From an uncultured delta proteobacterium (GTDB lineage Bacteria > Myxococcota_A > Polyangia > Fen-1088): a stretch of DNA of 64,000 nt. The notes beneath the pieces were generated by a model, which was not told the DNA's origin, searched no databases, and saw only the letters and a list, made by a program, of their open reading frames with translations. Positions 50,274 to 60,240 of the stretch are shown here, piece after piece. Position numbers and translations under genes: made by a program. The DNA lies in contig CAVTRY010000011.1 in the NCBI GenBank assembly GCA_963737265.1, positions 224,001 through 288,000 of the forward strand, written 5' to 3'. How positions within the stretch are numbered: position 1 is the first letter of the stretch; each line of letters begins with the position of its first letter.

Positions 50274-52916
50274 GTGTTTTCACCGCGCCCCATTTCTCAT
50301 CGCCACAATCGCTTTCGATCCCTCAAACCCAGCGTGTGTCTTGCGCTCGGGTTGTGCGCCTGGTTCGCGGCGCGGCCCATGGCTCGTGCCCAGAACGCGG
50401 AAACGCCCACGCTCGAACCGCCGACGGTTTTGGAACAGCAACAGCCTTCCTATCCCCGAGAAGCTGCCGGCGGCGCGCAAGGCGATGTCGTGGTCAACGT
50501 GGCGATCGACAGCGCGGGAAACGTCACCGGGGTGACGCTCGTGCATGGCGCGGCGCCGCCCCTCGACCGCGCCGCGATCGAGGCAGCCAGCCACTGGCGA
50601 TTCAAGCCCGCGCTCCGCGATGGCGTCGCGGTTCCGAGCCGAGTTCAGCTCCTCTTCCACTTCGAGCCGCCGCCGTTGCCTTCATTGCCCGCACCTCCGT
50701 CCAAGCCAGAGACCGCCAGCCCGCCGGCCGTCCCGGCGCCCACGCCGACCACGCAATCGCCGGCCGTCCCGGCTCCCGTGCCGACGACGGAATCGCCGCC
50801 GGCCGCGCCATCTGCTCTTGAAGTCACCGTGCTCGGCCGCCGTCCGCCGGTCAGCCGGGGCGCGTCCGATTTCCAAATCCGCGTCGACCAGCTTGCCGAG
50901 GTCCCGCGCGCCAATGCCTCCGAGCTGCTCAAACTGGCGCCTGGCATTCTCCTGACCAACGAAGGCGGCGAGGGCCACGCCGAACAGGTCTTCATGCGCG
51001 GGTTCGATGCGCGAGAGGGACAGGACATCGAGTTCACGGTGGGCGGCGTGCCAATCAACGAAAGCGGGAACCTGCACGGTAACGGCTACGCCGACACGCA
51101 TTTCATCATCCCCGAATTGGTCGAGTCGCTGCGCGTGCTCGAAGGACCCTTCGATCCGCGCCAGGGGAACTATGCAGTGGCCGGCAGCGCCGACTACCAG
51201 CTCGGGCTGGCCGAGCGGGGACTCACCGCGCGCTACACCAGCGGGAGCTTCGGCACGCAGCGCGTGCTGGGGCTGTGGGGGCCGCCGGGCGAGAGCACGC
51301 ACACCTTCGGGGCGGCCGAGATCTACAAAACGGACGGGTTTGGTCAGAATCGGGACGCCCAGCGCGCGTCGGTCATGGGTCAGTACGAGGGGCGCTTCGG
51401 GAACAGCGGCAGCTACCGCATCACGACCCAGGCCTATGCCACCCACTTTCATTCGGCCGGCATCGTTCGCGAGGACGACTACCAATCGGGGAAGATGGGC
51501 TTCTTCGACAGCTACGACCTCAGCAGCTTCGCGCGCGAGCACGTGCCCGAGAGCGGAGATGCCTCGCGCTACTCGCTGGCCGCAGATCTCGAAACCCGCG
51601 CCGGGGACACCACCTTCTCCCAGCAGATTTTCGTCATCAAGCGCGACATGCGCCTGCTCGAAAACTTCACCGGGTTCCTGCTCGACGTGCAGGAGCCGCT
51701 GCAAAGCGTGCACGACCAGCGCGGCGACATGATCGACCTCGCCGTTCACGAGGTCACCATCGGCGCGCGCGGCTCCGCGCGCCTGCACGGAATCTTTCTC
51801 GGCCAGCTGCAAGAGATGGAGTTGGGCTACTTCGCACGCGGCGACCAGGCCGCGGGCACGCAGCAGCGCCTGGAGGCGTCGACCGGCGTGCCCTATCTGA
51901 CCGACACCGATCTCGTCTCCCAGATCGGAAACATCGGCCTCTACGGCGACGCGAACCTGCGGCTGCGCTCGTGGCTCAGCCTGCGCGGCGGCGCACGCGC
52001 CGACCTTCTCACCTACAGCGTTCTCAACAACTGTGCCGCGCAGACCGTCGCCCATCCCTCGACCACCAACCCTCCCATCGACCAGAGTTGCTTGAGCCAG
52101 CAGGACTACGGACGTCCGCGCGAGCCCGACCAGGAAACCTCCACGTCGAGCGTCGCGTTCCTGCCGCGCGCCTCGCTCATCGTCGGCCCCTTCCGCGACG
52201 TCACCTTTTCGGCCAGCTACGGCCAGGGTATTCGATCGATCGATCCCTCCTACATCACCCAGGACGTCGCGACGCCGTTCGCGCACATCGTCGCCTACGA
52301 AGCCGGGGCTGGCTACGCCGCGAACATAAGGGACACCACCGTCATCGCGCGCTCGGTCTTTTTTCAGACCGTGGTCGACAGGGATCTCATCTTCGACCAA
52401 ACCGCCGGGCGCAACGTGGTTGGGGTCGGCACCACGCGCTCGGGCTGGATCGGGGCGCTGCGCTTGACCGGACGATTTTTCGACGAGTCGGCGAACCTGA
52501 CCCTGGTACGTGCGACCTTCAACGACAACCACGAGGCAGTGGCCTACGTGCCGTCCACCGTGCTCCGCTCCGACACCGCGCTTTTCACCCTGTTGCCGTG
52601 GCGCCCGCGCGGGACGCCGGTGCGCGCCTCGCTGAGCGGCGGCGTGACCTTCGTCGGCCGGCGCCCGCTGCCCTATGGGGAGGTCAGCGATCGTATCTTC
52701 ACCGTCGACGCATCAGCCATCCTTTCCTGGTCGCACTACGAATTGCGGCTCCACTCGACCAACCTGCTCAACACGCAATACCGCCTGGGCGAATACGACT
52801 ACGCCTCGGATTTTCACGGCCAGCCGCAGCCGACGTTGGTGCCCGAACGCGAATTCGCGGCCGGCGCGCCCCGCGCGGTTTTCGTCACCTTTGGCATCAA
52901 CCTCGGAGGTTCGTGA
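50274..52916 (+). CDS. TonB-dependent receptor with N-terminal TonB_C domain and Pro-rich linker
   Basis: YP.EA...G.V.V...ID..G.V...WRFKPA TonB_C; plug (MRGFDAREGQD, GVPINE, IPELV..EGPF); barrel C-terminus. GAGGAG RBS before GTG. Confidence 0.92.
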   Translation: MFSPRPISHRHNRFRSLKPSVCLALGLCAWFAARPMARAQNAETPTLEPPTVLEQQQPSYPREAAGGAQGDVVVNVAIDSAGNVTGVTLVHGAAPPLDRAAIEAASHWRFKPALRDGVAVPSRVQLLFHFEPPPLPSLPAPPSKPETASPPAVPAPTPTTQSPAVPAPVPTTESPPAAPSALEVTVLGRRPPVSRGASDFQIRVDQLAEVPRANASELLKLAPGILLTNEGGEGHAEQVFMRGFDAREGQDIEFTVGGVPINESGNLHGNGYADTHFIIPELVESLRVLEGPFDPRQGNYAVAGSADYQLGLAERGLTARYTSGSFGTQRVLGLWGPPGESTHTFGAAEIYKTDGFGQNRDAQRASVMGQYEGRFGNSGSYRITTQAYATHFHSAGIVREDDYQSGKMGFFDSYDLSSFAREHVPESGDASRYSLAADLETRAGDTTFSQQIFVIKRDMRLLENFTGFLLDVQEPLQSVHDQRGDMIDLAVHEVTIGARGSARLHGIFLGQLQEMELGYFARGDQAAGTQQRLEASTGVPYLTDTDLVSQIGNIGLYGDANLRLRSWLSLRGGARADLLTYSVLNNCAAQTVAHPSTTNPPIDQSCLSQQDYGRPREPDQETSTSSVAFLPRASLIVGPFRDVTFSASYGQGIRSIDPSYITQDVATPFAHIVAYEAGAGYAANIRDTTVIARSVFFQTVVDRDLIFDQTAGRNVVGVGTTRSGWIGALRLTGRFFDESANLTLVRATFNDNHEAVAYVPSTVLRSDTALFTLLPWRPRGTPVRASLSGGVTFVGRRPLPYGEVSDRIFTVDASAILSWSHYELRLHSTNLLNTQYRLGEYDYASDFHGQPQPTLVPEREFAAGAPRAVFVTFGINLGGS

Positions 52917-53719
52917 TGCGGAAACGACGTCTCTGGCTCTTCTCGCTCTTGCTCGCGCCGGGAGGCATTGCGTGCGTGGGACAAACCGGCGGCGACGCCA
53001 TCGACTTCGCGGTGGCCGCCGTGGGACCGGCGAGCGCGATCCTCGGGCAACCGCTTGCTTGCACCAACGACGGCAACTGGGCCATCTCGCTAACCCAGGC
53101 GACGCTGCATATCGGGGCCGTGTACCTCGATCAAAGCCAACCGATTTCGGGCGGACAAGCCACCGGCTGCTACCTCACCGGGACCTACGTCGCGCAGGAA
53201 ACCTCGGCGCTCGACGTGGATCTCCTGTCGCCCGAGCCGCAATTGTTTCCCGCCGACGCCCACGGCATTACCTATCCGCCAGCGCTGGTCGGCCAGGTTT
53301 GGCTGACCCACGGGGATATCAACACCATTGCCGATCGGGTTCCCGTGCTCCAGGTGGCGGGCACGGCCACGCAAGCGGCCAGCGCCTATCCGTTCACCGC
53401 CGCGCTCACCATCGGATCGAATCGGCAAGCCTCGGGCGGCGCGGTGGCCGGGGGCGATCCCATTTGCAAGGAACGCATTGTCTCGCCGGTTCCGGCCGCG
53501 GTGACCATCCAGCCGACCGGCGGGCTGCTTTTGACCGTCGATCCGTGCCGCCTGTTCACCAACGTCGACTTCAGCCAGCTGGGGCCAGGCTCGACGCCCG
53601 GCACGTACGCCTTCAGCGACGACCCGACATCGGCGGGCTACACCCAGCCGAGTCAGAACCTTTACGGAAATCTGCGCAACACGGGGCCGTACACGTTCTC
53701 GTGGACCCCGAATCCATAA
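52916..53719 (+). CDS. uncharacterised lipoprotein 1 of the uptake operon
   Basis: MRKRRLWLFSLLLAPGGIAC lipobox; TGATG coupling to the receptor. Confidence 0.8.
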   Translation: MRKRRLWLFSLLLAPGGIACVGQTGGDAIDFAVAAVGPASAILGQPLACTNDGNWAISLTQATLHIGAVYLDQSQPISGGQATGCYLTGTYVAQETSALDVDLLSPEPQLFPADAHGITYPPALVGQVWLTHGDINTIADRVPVLQVAGTATQAASAYPFTAALTIGSNRQASGGAVAGGDPICKERIVSPVPAAVTIQPTGGLLLTVDPCRLFTNVDFSQLGPGSTPGTYAFSDDPTSAGYTQPSQNLYGNLRNTGPYTFSWTPNP

Positions 53720-53731
53720 ACACAGAAGGAG

Positions 53732-55096
53732 ATGAAAGCAATGAGAACCAGAGATGAGAGAATGCGAACCAAGATCTTGATGATTGGGGCGGTCGTCGTC
53801 GTGGCCGCCGCGTTTGCAGGCTGTGGGAGCAGCAGCAGCTCGCCGCCGGACACGGGCGGTGCGACCACGGCCGGCGGTGCGACCGGCGCAGGCGGTGCCA
53901 CCAATACTGGCGGCGCCACCGGCGCGGGCGGATCGGGCGTCACGAGCTTCACACCGCCCGCGGATCCGGGCCCTGGAGGAATTATCTTCGCGGCCTCGGG
54001 CGAGGTCCTCGCGCTCACGGGTTACGCCTTCCCGCCCGTGAACCCCGGCGATCCGGCATTCGTGGACGGTTGGCAGGTGAGTTTCACGCGCCTGCTCGTC
54101 ACTGTCGACAAGATCGTGCTGTCGAGCAACCCGGACGTCAGCCCCGGCAACCAGGCGCTCACCGGGCCGGCGCCGGGCAGCGTGGGTGGCGGGCTGGTCG
54201 CCGAGGTGGATGGGCCCTGGGCGGTCGACCTGGCTCACGGCGATCCCAGCTACCTTCCCGGCAAAGGTGGTCCGGGCGAAGAGGCGGTACCCATCGTGGC
54301 GCTCAAGACCCAGAACAAGAACGGCAACAAGGCCTTCGCCACCGACGGCACCCGCTACGCATTCGGGTTCGATGTCGTGCCCGCGACAACGAGCGCTCTC
54401 AACGTCAACCTCGATAGTGCGGCGATGTCCGACTACCAGCAAATGGTCGCCGATGGCTGCACCGTGCTTTACGTTGGAATCGCCACTTTCAAGGGCGGCA
54501 CGGTTCCAGGACACACAGATTGCAATAGCGGAGCCTATGCCACCTGGCCGACCACGGTAAACTTTCACTTCTGCTTCAAGTCGCCGACTACCTACGGCAA
54601 CTGCCAGAACCCCGACAACGATCCGGCGCAGGCCCTCTCCGGCGAAGAGCACGAGCGCGGCATCGCGTTCCTGGCCAACGAATCGGTCATCGGGCAAGTC
54701 ACGATTCACACCGATCACCCGTTCTGGGATAGCGTGCTGCACGACTCGCCCGCGCACTTCGACCAGTTCGCCGCGCGTGTGGTCGGCCAAGTGGACGCGG
54801 GCGTGCCCACGGCGACGCTGGAAATGACCCAGGGGGTGGACTACACCGCGTACACCGATGCGCTCGGCAATCGCCTCAACTGGCGCTACTGCATGGATCC
54901 GCCGACCGACGTTCACCCGCAGTTCACAGGAGCCATGGCCTTCGATCCACAAAGCGTGCCCCACGCCACCGGGAACGATCCCTCCACCGGCCTGCGCGAC
55001 TATTACGACTACACGACTTACGACCAGAGCACGCAAGGGCACCTGAACTCGGACGGGCTGTGCGCGGTCGAGCGGCACTATCCGTCGCCCCAATGA
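53732..55096 (+). CDS. uncharacterised lipoprotein 2 of the uptake operon
   Basis: FAGC lipobox, Gly/Thr linker, TIHTDHPFWD and GHLN, several Cys. Confidence 0.85.
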   Translation: MKAMRTRDERMRTKILMIGAVVVVAAAFAGCGSSSSSPPDTGGATTAGGATGAGGATNTGGATGAGGSGVTSFTPPADPGPGGIIFAASGEVLALTGYAFPPVNPGDPAFVDGWQVSFTRLLVTVDKIVLSSNPDVSPGNQALTGPAPGSVGGGLVAEVDGPWAVDLAHGDPSYLPGKGGPGEEAVPIVALKTQNKNGNKAFATDGTRYAFGFDVVPATTSALNVNLDSAAMSDYQQMVADGCTVLYVGIATFKGGTVPGHTDCNSGAYATWPTTVNFHFCFKSPTTYGNCQNPDNDPAQALSGEEHERGIAFLANESVIGQVTIHTDHPFWDSVLHDSPAHFDQFAARVVGQVDAGVPTATLEMTQGVDYTAYTDALGNRLNWRYCMDPPTDVHPQFTGAMAFDPQSVPHATGNDPSTGLRDYYDYTTYDQSTQGHLNSDGLCAVERHYPSPQ

Positions 55097-55104
55097 GGTA
55101 AGCC

Positions 55105-55803
55105 TTGAGCGCCATTGAAACGGTCAAGCGGATCTTGCTCGCGTCGGGCGCGGGCTGGGTCCTCTGGTTCCTTGGGGCGCTGTCGATGGCCAGCCTCGCG
55201 CTGGCCGTCGAGCGCTGGCTCTATTTGCGCAGACGTGGTGGCGATCTCGAAGCCCTCGCTCGCGAGCTCGACGAACACCTGTCGAGCGGCGACTTCGTCA
55301 GCGCACGGCGCGTGCTCGAGGCCAGCTCAGCGGTGGCGGCGCGCGTGGCGGACGCGGGCTTGCGACTCGCCGAGCGGGGAACCGAGGCTGCCGACAAGGC
55401 GATGCAAAGTGCGGCGGCTCTCGAACGCGGTCGCCTCGAACGCTGGCTCGCCTTCCTGGCCACGGTGGGCAACAATGCTCCCTTCATCGGACTGTTCGGA
55501 ACCGTGGTGGGCGTCATCCACGCTTTCGAAGAGCTCGGCCACGCCGCCCCTGCCCACGCAGCGGCGGCTGGCCAGGTCGCTTCGCAGGCGGTGATGTCCA
55601 GCATCGCCGAGGCCCTGGTCGCGACCGCCGTCGGCATCCTGGTCGCGCTGCCGGCGGTGGCGGCCTACAACTACTTGCAACGGCGAGTGACGGCCTTGCT
55701 TTCCGGGGCCGAGGTGTTGACCAACCTGGTGCTCGCATACATCGCGGACGATGCGCGGCCGCGACTGCGCGAGGTGAAAGGGGTGGGCGATGGCGGCGCC
55801 TAG
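55105..55803 (+). CDS. exbB: ExbB/TolQ/MotA proton channel
   Basis: FLATVGNNAPFIGLFGTVVG, IAEALVATAVGI. Confidence 0.9.
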   Translation: MSAIETVKRILLASGAGWVLWFLGALSMASLALAVERWLYLRRRGGDLEALARELDEHLSSGDFVSARRVLEASSAVAARVADAGLRLAERGTEAADKAMQSAAALERGRLERWLAFLATVGNNAPFIGLFGTVVGVIHAFEELGHAAPAHAAAAGQVASQAVMSSIAEALVATAVGILVALPAVAAYNYLQRRVTALLSGAEVLTNLVLAYIADDARPRLREVKGVGDGGA

Positions 55804-56212
55804 CGGACAGGCCGCGAACGGGATCATCTCCGGCATCAACGTCACCCCGCTCGTGGACGTGATGCTCGTGCTTCTGGTGATCTTCATCGTGACGGCGAAG
55901 ATCATCGTGACCCCGGCGGTGCCGCTCGATCTGCCGCACGCGGCTCATGGCGAGGAGGTGCAAGTCGTTCTGTCGGTGATCGTGCCCGTGCGCGGGCCGA
56001 TGCTGGTCAACGGCGCTGCTTTGCCGAACGACGAAGCCCTGGAGGACAAAGCGCGTGCGGCCCTGGCTGGCGACCGAGATCTGCGCGCGGTCATCCAAGC
56101 CGATGGCGACGTGCCCCACCGGCGCGTGATCCACGTGCTCGATCTGCTCAAAGGCGCCGGGCTAACCCGCGTGGCGTTCGGTGCGCTTCCAGTCGAGCAA
56201 GAGAAGCAGTGA
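55790..56212 (+). CDS. exbD: ExbD/TolR
   Basis: INVTPLVDVMLVLLVIF, IQAD. Confidence 0.92.
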   Translation: MAAPSGQAANGIISGINVTPLVDVMLVLLVIFIVTAKIIVTPAVPLDLPHAAHGEEVQVVLSVIVPVRGPMLVNGAALPNDEALEDKARAALAGDRDLRAVIQADGDVPHRRVIHVLDLLKGAGLTRVAFGALPVEQEKQ

Positions 56213-56222
56213 GGCACGTTTC

Positions 56223-57047
56223 ATGCGCTATCCTTTGTCGACCAAACTCGTGAACCGTTCACCGCGCATCGTGGATCTGGTTTTTCTCGCCGAGCCCGCG
56301 GGCCGATGGCGGCGACTTGCCGTGGGCGGCGCGGCGGTGCTGGCGCTTTATGGTGGCGCTCTTTCGCTGGTGAGCCGCCTGGGCAACTCCCTCGGTCCGT
56401 GGAGCGCGGAGATGGCCGCGCGCATTCACGAGGCCATCGCGATGGAGCGAGCGATCGATGTGACGCCGCCTCCGCCCCAAGCTGCACCACCACCTCCCGC
56501 GCCCGCGCCGGAAGCGCCCCATATCGCGATTCCTCGAACCGCGCGGGCACTCAACGCGCAGCAACCTCGCGCGACGCCACCCGCGCAGGCGGGACAACTC
56601 GCGGCGGCGTCGACGGAGCCGGTCGATTTCACCGGCATGGCGTTCATCGTCGGCTCGGGTGCTTCCTACGCCGGGGGGACAACGACCAGCAGCGGAACCA
56701 GCCGCAAGGCAGCGCTCGGTGCCGTCGGTCCTGGGCCAAGTGTCGGCAAGTCGTCTGGTGGTCGCAGTCGAGCCCGCCAGGTCTCGCTCGACCAATCCGC
56801 TTGGAACTGTCCTTGGCCGGCCGAGGCCGATGCCGAGCAGGTAAACGAACAGACGGTCGTACTGAAAGCGAGCGTGGGAGCCGACGGCCGGGCCGAGCGG
56901 GTGGATGTCCTCAGCGATCCTGGATTCGGATTCGGTGCGGCTGCTCGCCTTTGTGCGCTCCGGACTCGCTTCGAGCCCGCGCGCGATTCGGCCGGACAGC
57001 CCATCGCCGCACAATCTCCCTCCATCCGCGTCCACTTTTATCGGTGA
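56223..57047 (+). CDS. tonB: TonB energy transducer
   Basis: TM anchor, Pro-rich segment, TonB_C (V...V.ADG....V.V.SDPG.GFG.AA..CA....F.PA). Confidence 0.82.
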   Translation: MRYPLSTKLVNRSPRIVDLVFLAEPAGRWRRLAVGGAAVLALYGGALSLVSRLGNSLGPWSAEMAARIHEAIAMERAIDVTPPPPQAAPPPPAPAPEAPHIAIPRTARALNAQQPRATPPAQAGQLAAASTEPVDFTGMAFIVGSGASYAGGTTTSSGTSRKAALGAVGPGPSVGKSSGGRSRARQVSLDQSAWNCPWPAEADAEQVNEQTVVLKASVGADGRAERVDVLSDPGFGFGAAARLCALRTRFEPARDSAGQPIAAQSPSIRVHFYR

Positions 57048-57056
57048 AGGACTCTC

Positions 57057-57353
57057 ATGCGCTCGCACCTCTTGCTTTTCGTGGTCCTCGTCGCCGGTGA
57101 GCTCTCGGGTTGCAATCGTCATCCCGCGCGCGTGGACGAATGCGAGGCGATCCTCAACCGTCTCATAGAACTCGAGCTCAGCGAGTCCGGATACCGGGAT
57201 TCTGTTCTTCGTGCGCGTTGGCAGCAGGACCTGGCCCGTCGCTTCGCGCCGGACATGGACCGTTGTCGCGGGCGCGAAGTGCGCGGTTCTCTTAGGACTT
57301 GTCTCGCAACGGCGCGGAGCTCGGAAGAGATCGTTCACCGGTGTCTCGATTGA
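57057..57353 (+). CDS. small Cys-rich lipoprotein
   Basis: LSGC lipobox, additional spaced Cys, RBS GAAGGA. Confidence 0.7.
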   Translation: MRSHLLLFVVLVAGELSGCNRHPARVDECEAILNRLIELELSESGYRDSVLRARWQQDLARRFAPDMDRCRGREVRGSLRTCLATARSSEEIVHRCLD

Positions 57354-57559
57354 TCTGGATTCGCCGCCGCCCCTTCCGCGTTGCCCTTCTAGCTGCCTTG
57401 CATTTTCACAATCTCGATCTTGGCAATCACTTGGCAGGGGATGGTGTAACCCGAGGCGCGGAGCCCGCGGCTATCTGAGGCGACTCGTCATCCTTCCGGC
57501 GGATGTCGGCAATCGGATCCGACCATCCGGTGTCAGGTATACTAGGAGACACAAAAGCC

Positions 57560-58177
57560 GTGAGCGACGCGCGCGACAAAAGCATCCTGTTTCTTCCAGG
57601 CGAAGTGGGTGAGCGCGCCCTCTATGCCAGGTTGGTCGCTGGCGAGGACGCCGCGTACCGCGAGTGCTACCAGCAGCACGCGCCCAAGCTGATGCGTCTA
57701 CTCACTGGCATCCTGCGCAACAAGGCCCGCGCCGAAGAGATTTTGCAGGAAACCTTCATCGCGGCCTTCCGAGGCATCGCCCGCTTCCGCGGCGAGGTGA
57801 GCATTGCCGTCTGGCTTGCGCGCATCGCCACCAACCGGGCCTACAACGCCCTTCGGGACGAAACCCGGGCCAAGCGAACCGCGCCGCCGCCCTCCGGCGA
57901 GCACGTCACGCATGCCGAGCTGCACGTCGAGGGCAGAGATCTGGCCCGCAAGGTCATGGCCATCTTGGATCAAATGGAACCATCCAAGAAGCTGACCCTG
58001 CTACTGCAAGCCGAGGGTTACACCACCGCGGAGATCGCCAACGTCACGGGAGAGCCCCGCGGGACCATCTTGGCCCGCCTGTCGCGCGGCCGTGCCGAGC
58101 TGTCATTGCGCATGGCCGAGGCCGGGCTTGTGGCGCGCGAGATGCCGGAGCACGTGCACGTGGAGGATCGGTCGTGA
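57560..58177 (+). CDS. ECF RNA polymerase sigma factor
   Basis: AEEILQETF, WLARIATN, EGYTTAEIA...GTILARL. Confidence 0.92.
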   Translation: MSDARDKSILFLPGEVGERALYARLVAGEDAAYRECYQQHAPKLMRLLTGILRNKARAEEILQETFIAAFRGIARFRGEVSIAVWLARIATNRAYNALRDETRAKRTAPPPSGEHVTHAELHVEGRDLARKVMAILDQMEPSKKLTLLLQAEGYTTAEIANVTGEPRGTILARLSRGRAELSLRMAEAGLVAREMPEHVHVEDRS

Positions 58178-59275
58178 CCGACTGCCTCTCGCTGCGCGAG
58201 CGTCACTTCACACCGGGCGCGGACAGCCATGCCGCTCCGGCGTGGGTCGCGCATCTCGGCGACTGTGCGGAATGCAGATTGGCGGTGGAGAATCTGCCGC
58301 AGGTCGATCGGGCGCTCGCCGAATGGTCGCGCGCGTCGCTCGAAGATCCCGGATTTTGCCACAGTCGCGCTGGCCGCCGCGGGCGCAGCGCGCAACCAAC
58401 GCAGACGGCGCACGGTTCGCCGTTCGGTGCCTTTCCTATACACAGGCTTCGTCACCGCCGCGCTGGCCGGCGGCTTGGTCGCCGCCGTGTGGGTCGCGCG
58501 CAATCGGGCTGCCGCGCCCAAGCTGCTGCTTGCCGGCGGCGAGCTTCACGCCACCGCCGAGGCCAAGACCGCCGTGCTCGGTAATGGCGCACGTGTCCGC
58601 TTGGACATGGGGACGCTCAAGATCGAAACCGGGAGTCGGTCCACGCAGGCATTGCTGCTGCCCGCCGGACGCGTTTTCATTGAAGTGCCCAAGCTGCCGG
58701 CCGGCAGCACCTTGTCGGTGCGCACGCCCGACGCGGAAATCCGGGTGCGTGGCACCCGTTTCCAAGTCATTCGCATCAGTCAGGAGACACAAATCCAAGT
58801 CAGCGAGGGCGTGGTCGAAGTCCGGCCGGTGGGATTGAGTCGGCCCACACAGTTCCTGCGCGCGGGCGAATCGACCACGGTCGGCTCGGCCGAGGCATAC
58901 CGCGAAGGCTTGCGGCGCCAGACCCTCGCCGCGCTCGAGCACGGCGAATTCTCCGCCGCCGAAGCGCGCATCGGTGAGTTGCTTGGATCGGGCGCCGAAG
59001 CTGCCCAGCAAGCCGAGGCCCAAGCACTCTTGGCCTGGTCGCTTTCCGCCCGCGGTAAGCGCGGCCTTGCCATCGCACGCTACCGGCAAGCGCTGGCGTT
59101 GTATCCCGCCGGGCAGCAAGCCCTTTGGGCGGAAAACGCCTGCGCCGAGCTCGCCATTCTGGTCGAGCAGGAGAGCCCCGCCAGCGGTCCCTCGGCCTGG
59201 GCCGATTGTCTGCGCCGATTCCCGGACGGCGTGCACGCCGAACTGGCTCGCGCGCGCGCCCAGCCCTCGCGATGA
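58174..59275 (+). CDS. anti-sigma factor: zinc finger + TM + FecR domain + TPR (frameshift at ~58343)
   Basis: HLGDCAEC in one frame, then TM, VRTPDAEIRVRGTRF (FecR) and helical repeats in the next. Confidence 0.85.
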
Positions 59276-60240
59276 ACGCGGCGGCCGTCGGCATCGCGGT
59301 GTGGCTCGGGGTGACTTCCCCGTCGAGTGCCCCGGACCTGCAGGTTGAAGCCCTCGACGCAACCGGCGCGGTCATGCCCGAGCTGGCCGACGCCGTGGCG
59401 CGCGCCCTGGTCGCTGGGGGCGCCCGGGTCGTGCTGCGCGGCCCGACCAGCGCATCGTGCCTCTACTGCGCCCAGGTGACGGTGAGCGAGGTGGCTTCGG
59501 GCAGCTGTCGGATCGCGCTCAAACAGGAGCAGCGCGAGGCCTCGGCGTCGCTGCACTTTTCTGGCGCCAGCACGCTCTTCGACCGCGCGCGGGCCATCGC
59601 CATCCAGACGCGGCTGCTTCTGACCTGGGACACTGGCGGCGACGCCCGCAACCAGGAGCCCGTGACCAAGCCTGTCGCGCACCGGAGCCAGCACAAGCCC
59701 GTGATGGCGCCGCAGGCTCTCCAAGCCGGCGCCGCGCGCGCCGAGACGAGCGTGCCCGACGAGGTTGCAAGAAACTCTCCCGCGGGATCGCCGGTCGCAA
59801 GATCCGACCAGCCCGCTCCCGAGCCAACCTCCAAGCCCACCCGACCCAGTCCCGCCACGCCCGCTCTGCCTGTCCCGCCACCCACACCGACAGCGCTGTT
59901 TTCCCATCGCGCGCCGGCCGTGACTGCGCACGCCACGCGCAGGTGGCCTTGGATCCCGACCGCCGTGGGCGGGGGCGCCGCCATCGCCGCCGGGGCTTGC
60001 GCGCTGGTGGCGCGGGATCGCTACAACGCCTTGTCGGATCGTTCGCAGAGCTATGCCAGCGCCTTGGCGGCAAAGCAAAGCGGCCAGAGCTGGCAGTGGG
60101 CTAGCTTCGCCCTCGCCGGCGTCGCGACGCTGGGGCTGGGAACGGGCATGATTGGCTTTTGGGGCCACCTTTCCCTGACGGCACAGACCGCCCCTCTGCC
60201 TGGAGGAGGCATGGTGGCGATCGAGGGAGATTGGCCGTGA
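59272..60240 (+). CDS. hypothetical exported/membrane protein with Pro-rich linker
   Basis: ATGA coupling; C-terminal hydrophobic segments. Confidence 0.65.
   Translation: MNAAAVGIAVWLGVTSPSSAPDLQVEALDATGAVMPELADAVARALVAGGARVVLRGPTSASCLYCAQVTVSEVASGSCRIALKQEQREASASLHFSGASTLFDRARAIAIQTRLLLTWDTGGDARNQEPVTKPVAHRSQHKPVMAPQALQAGAARAETSVPDEVARNSPAGSPVARSDQPAPEPTSKPTRPSPATPALPVPPPTPTALFSHRAPAVTAHATRRWPWIPTAVGGGAAIAAGACALVARDRYNALSDRSQSYASALAAKQSGQSWQWASFALAGVATLGLGTGMIGFWGHLSLTAQTAPLPGGGMVAIEGDWP

Noticed and set aside
57420-57440. Possible sigma-54 site before the ECF gene
   Set aside because: Only GG-N10-GC spacing matches; the flanking consensus is poor.
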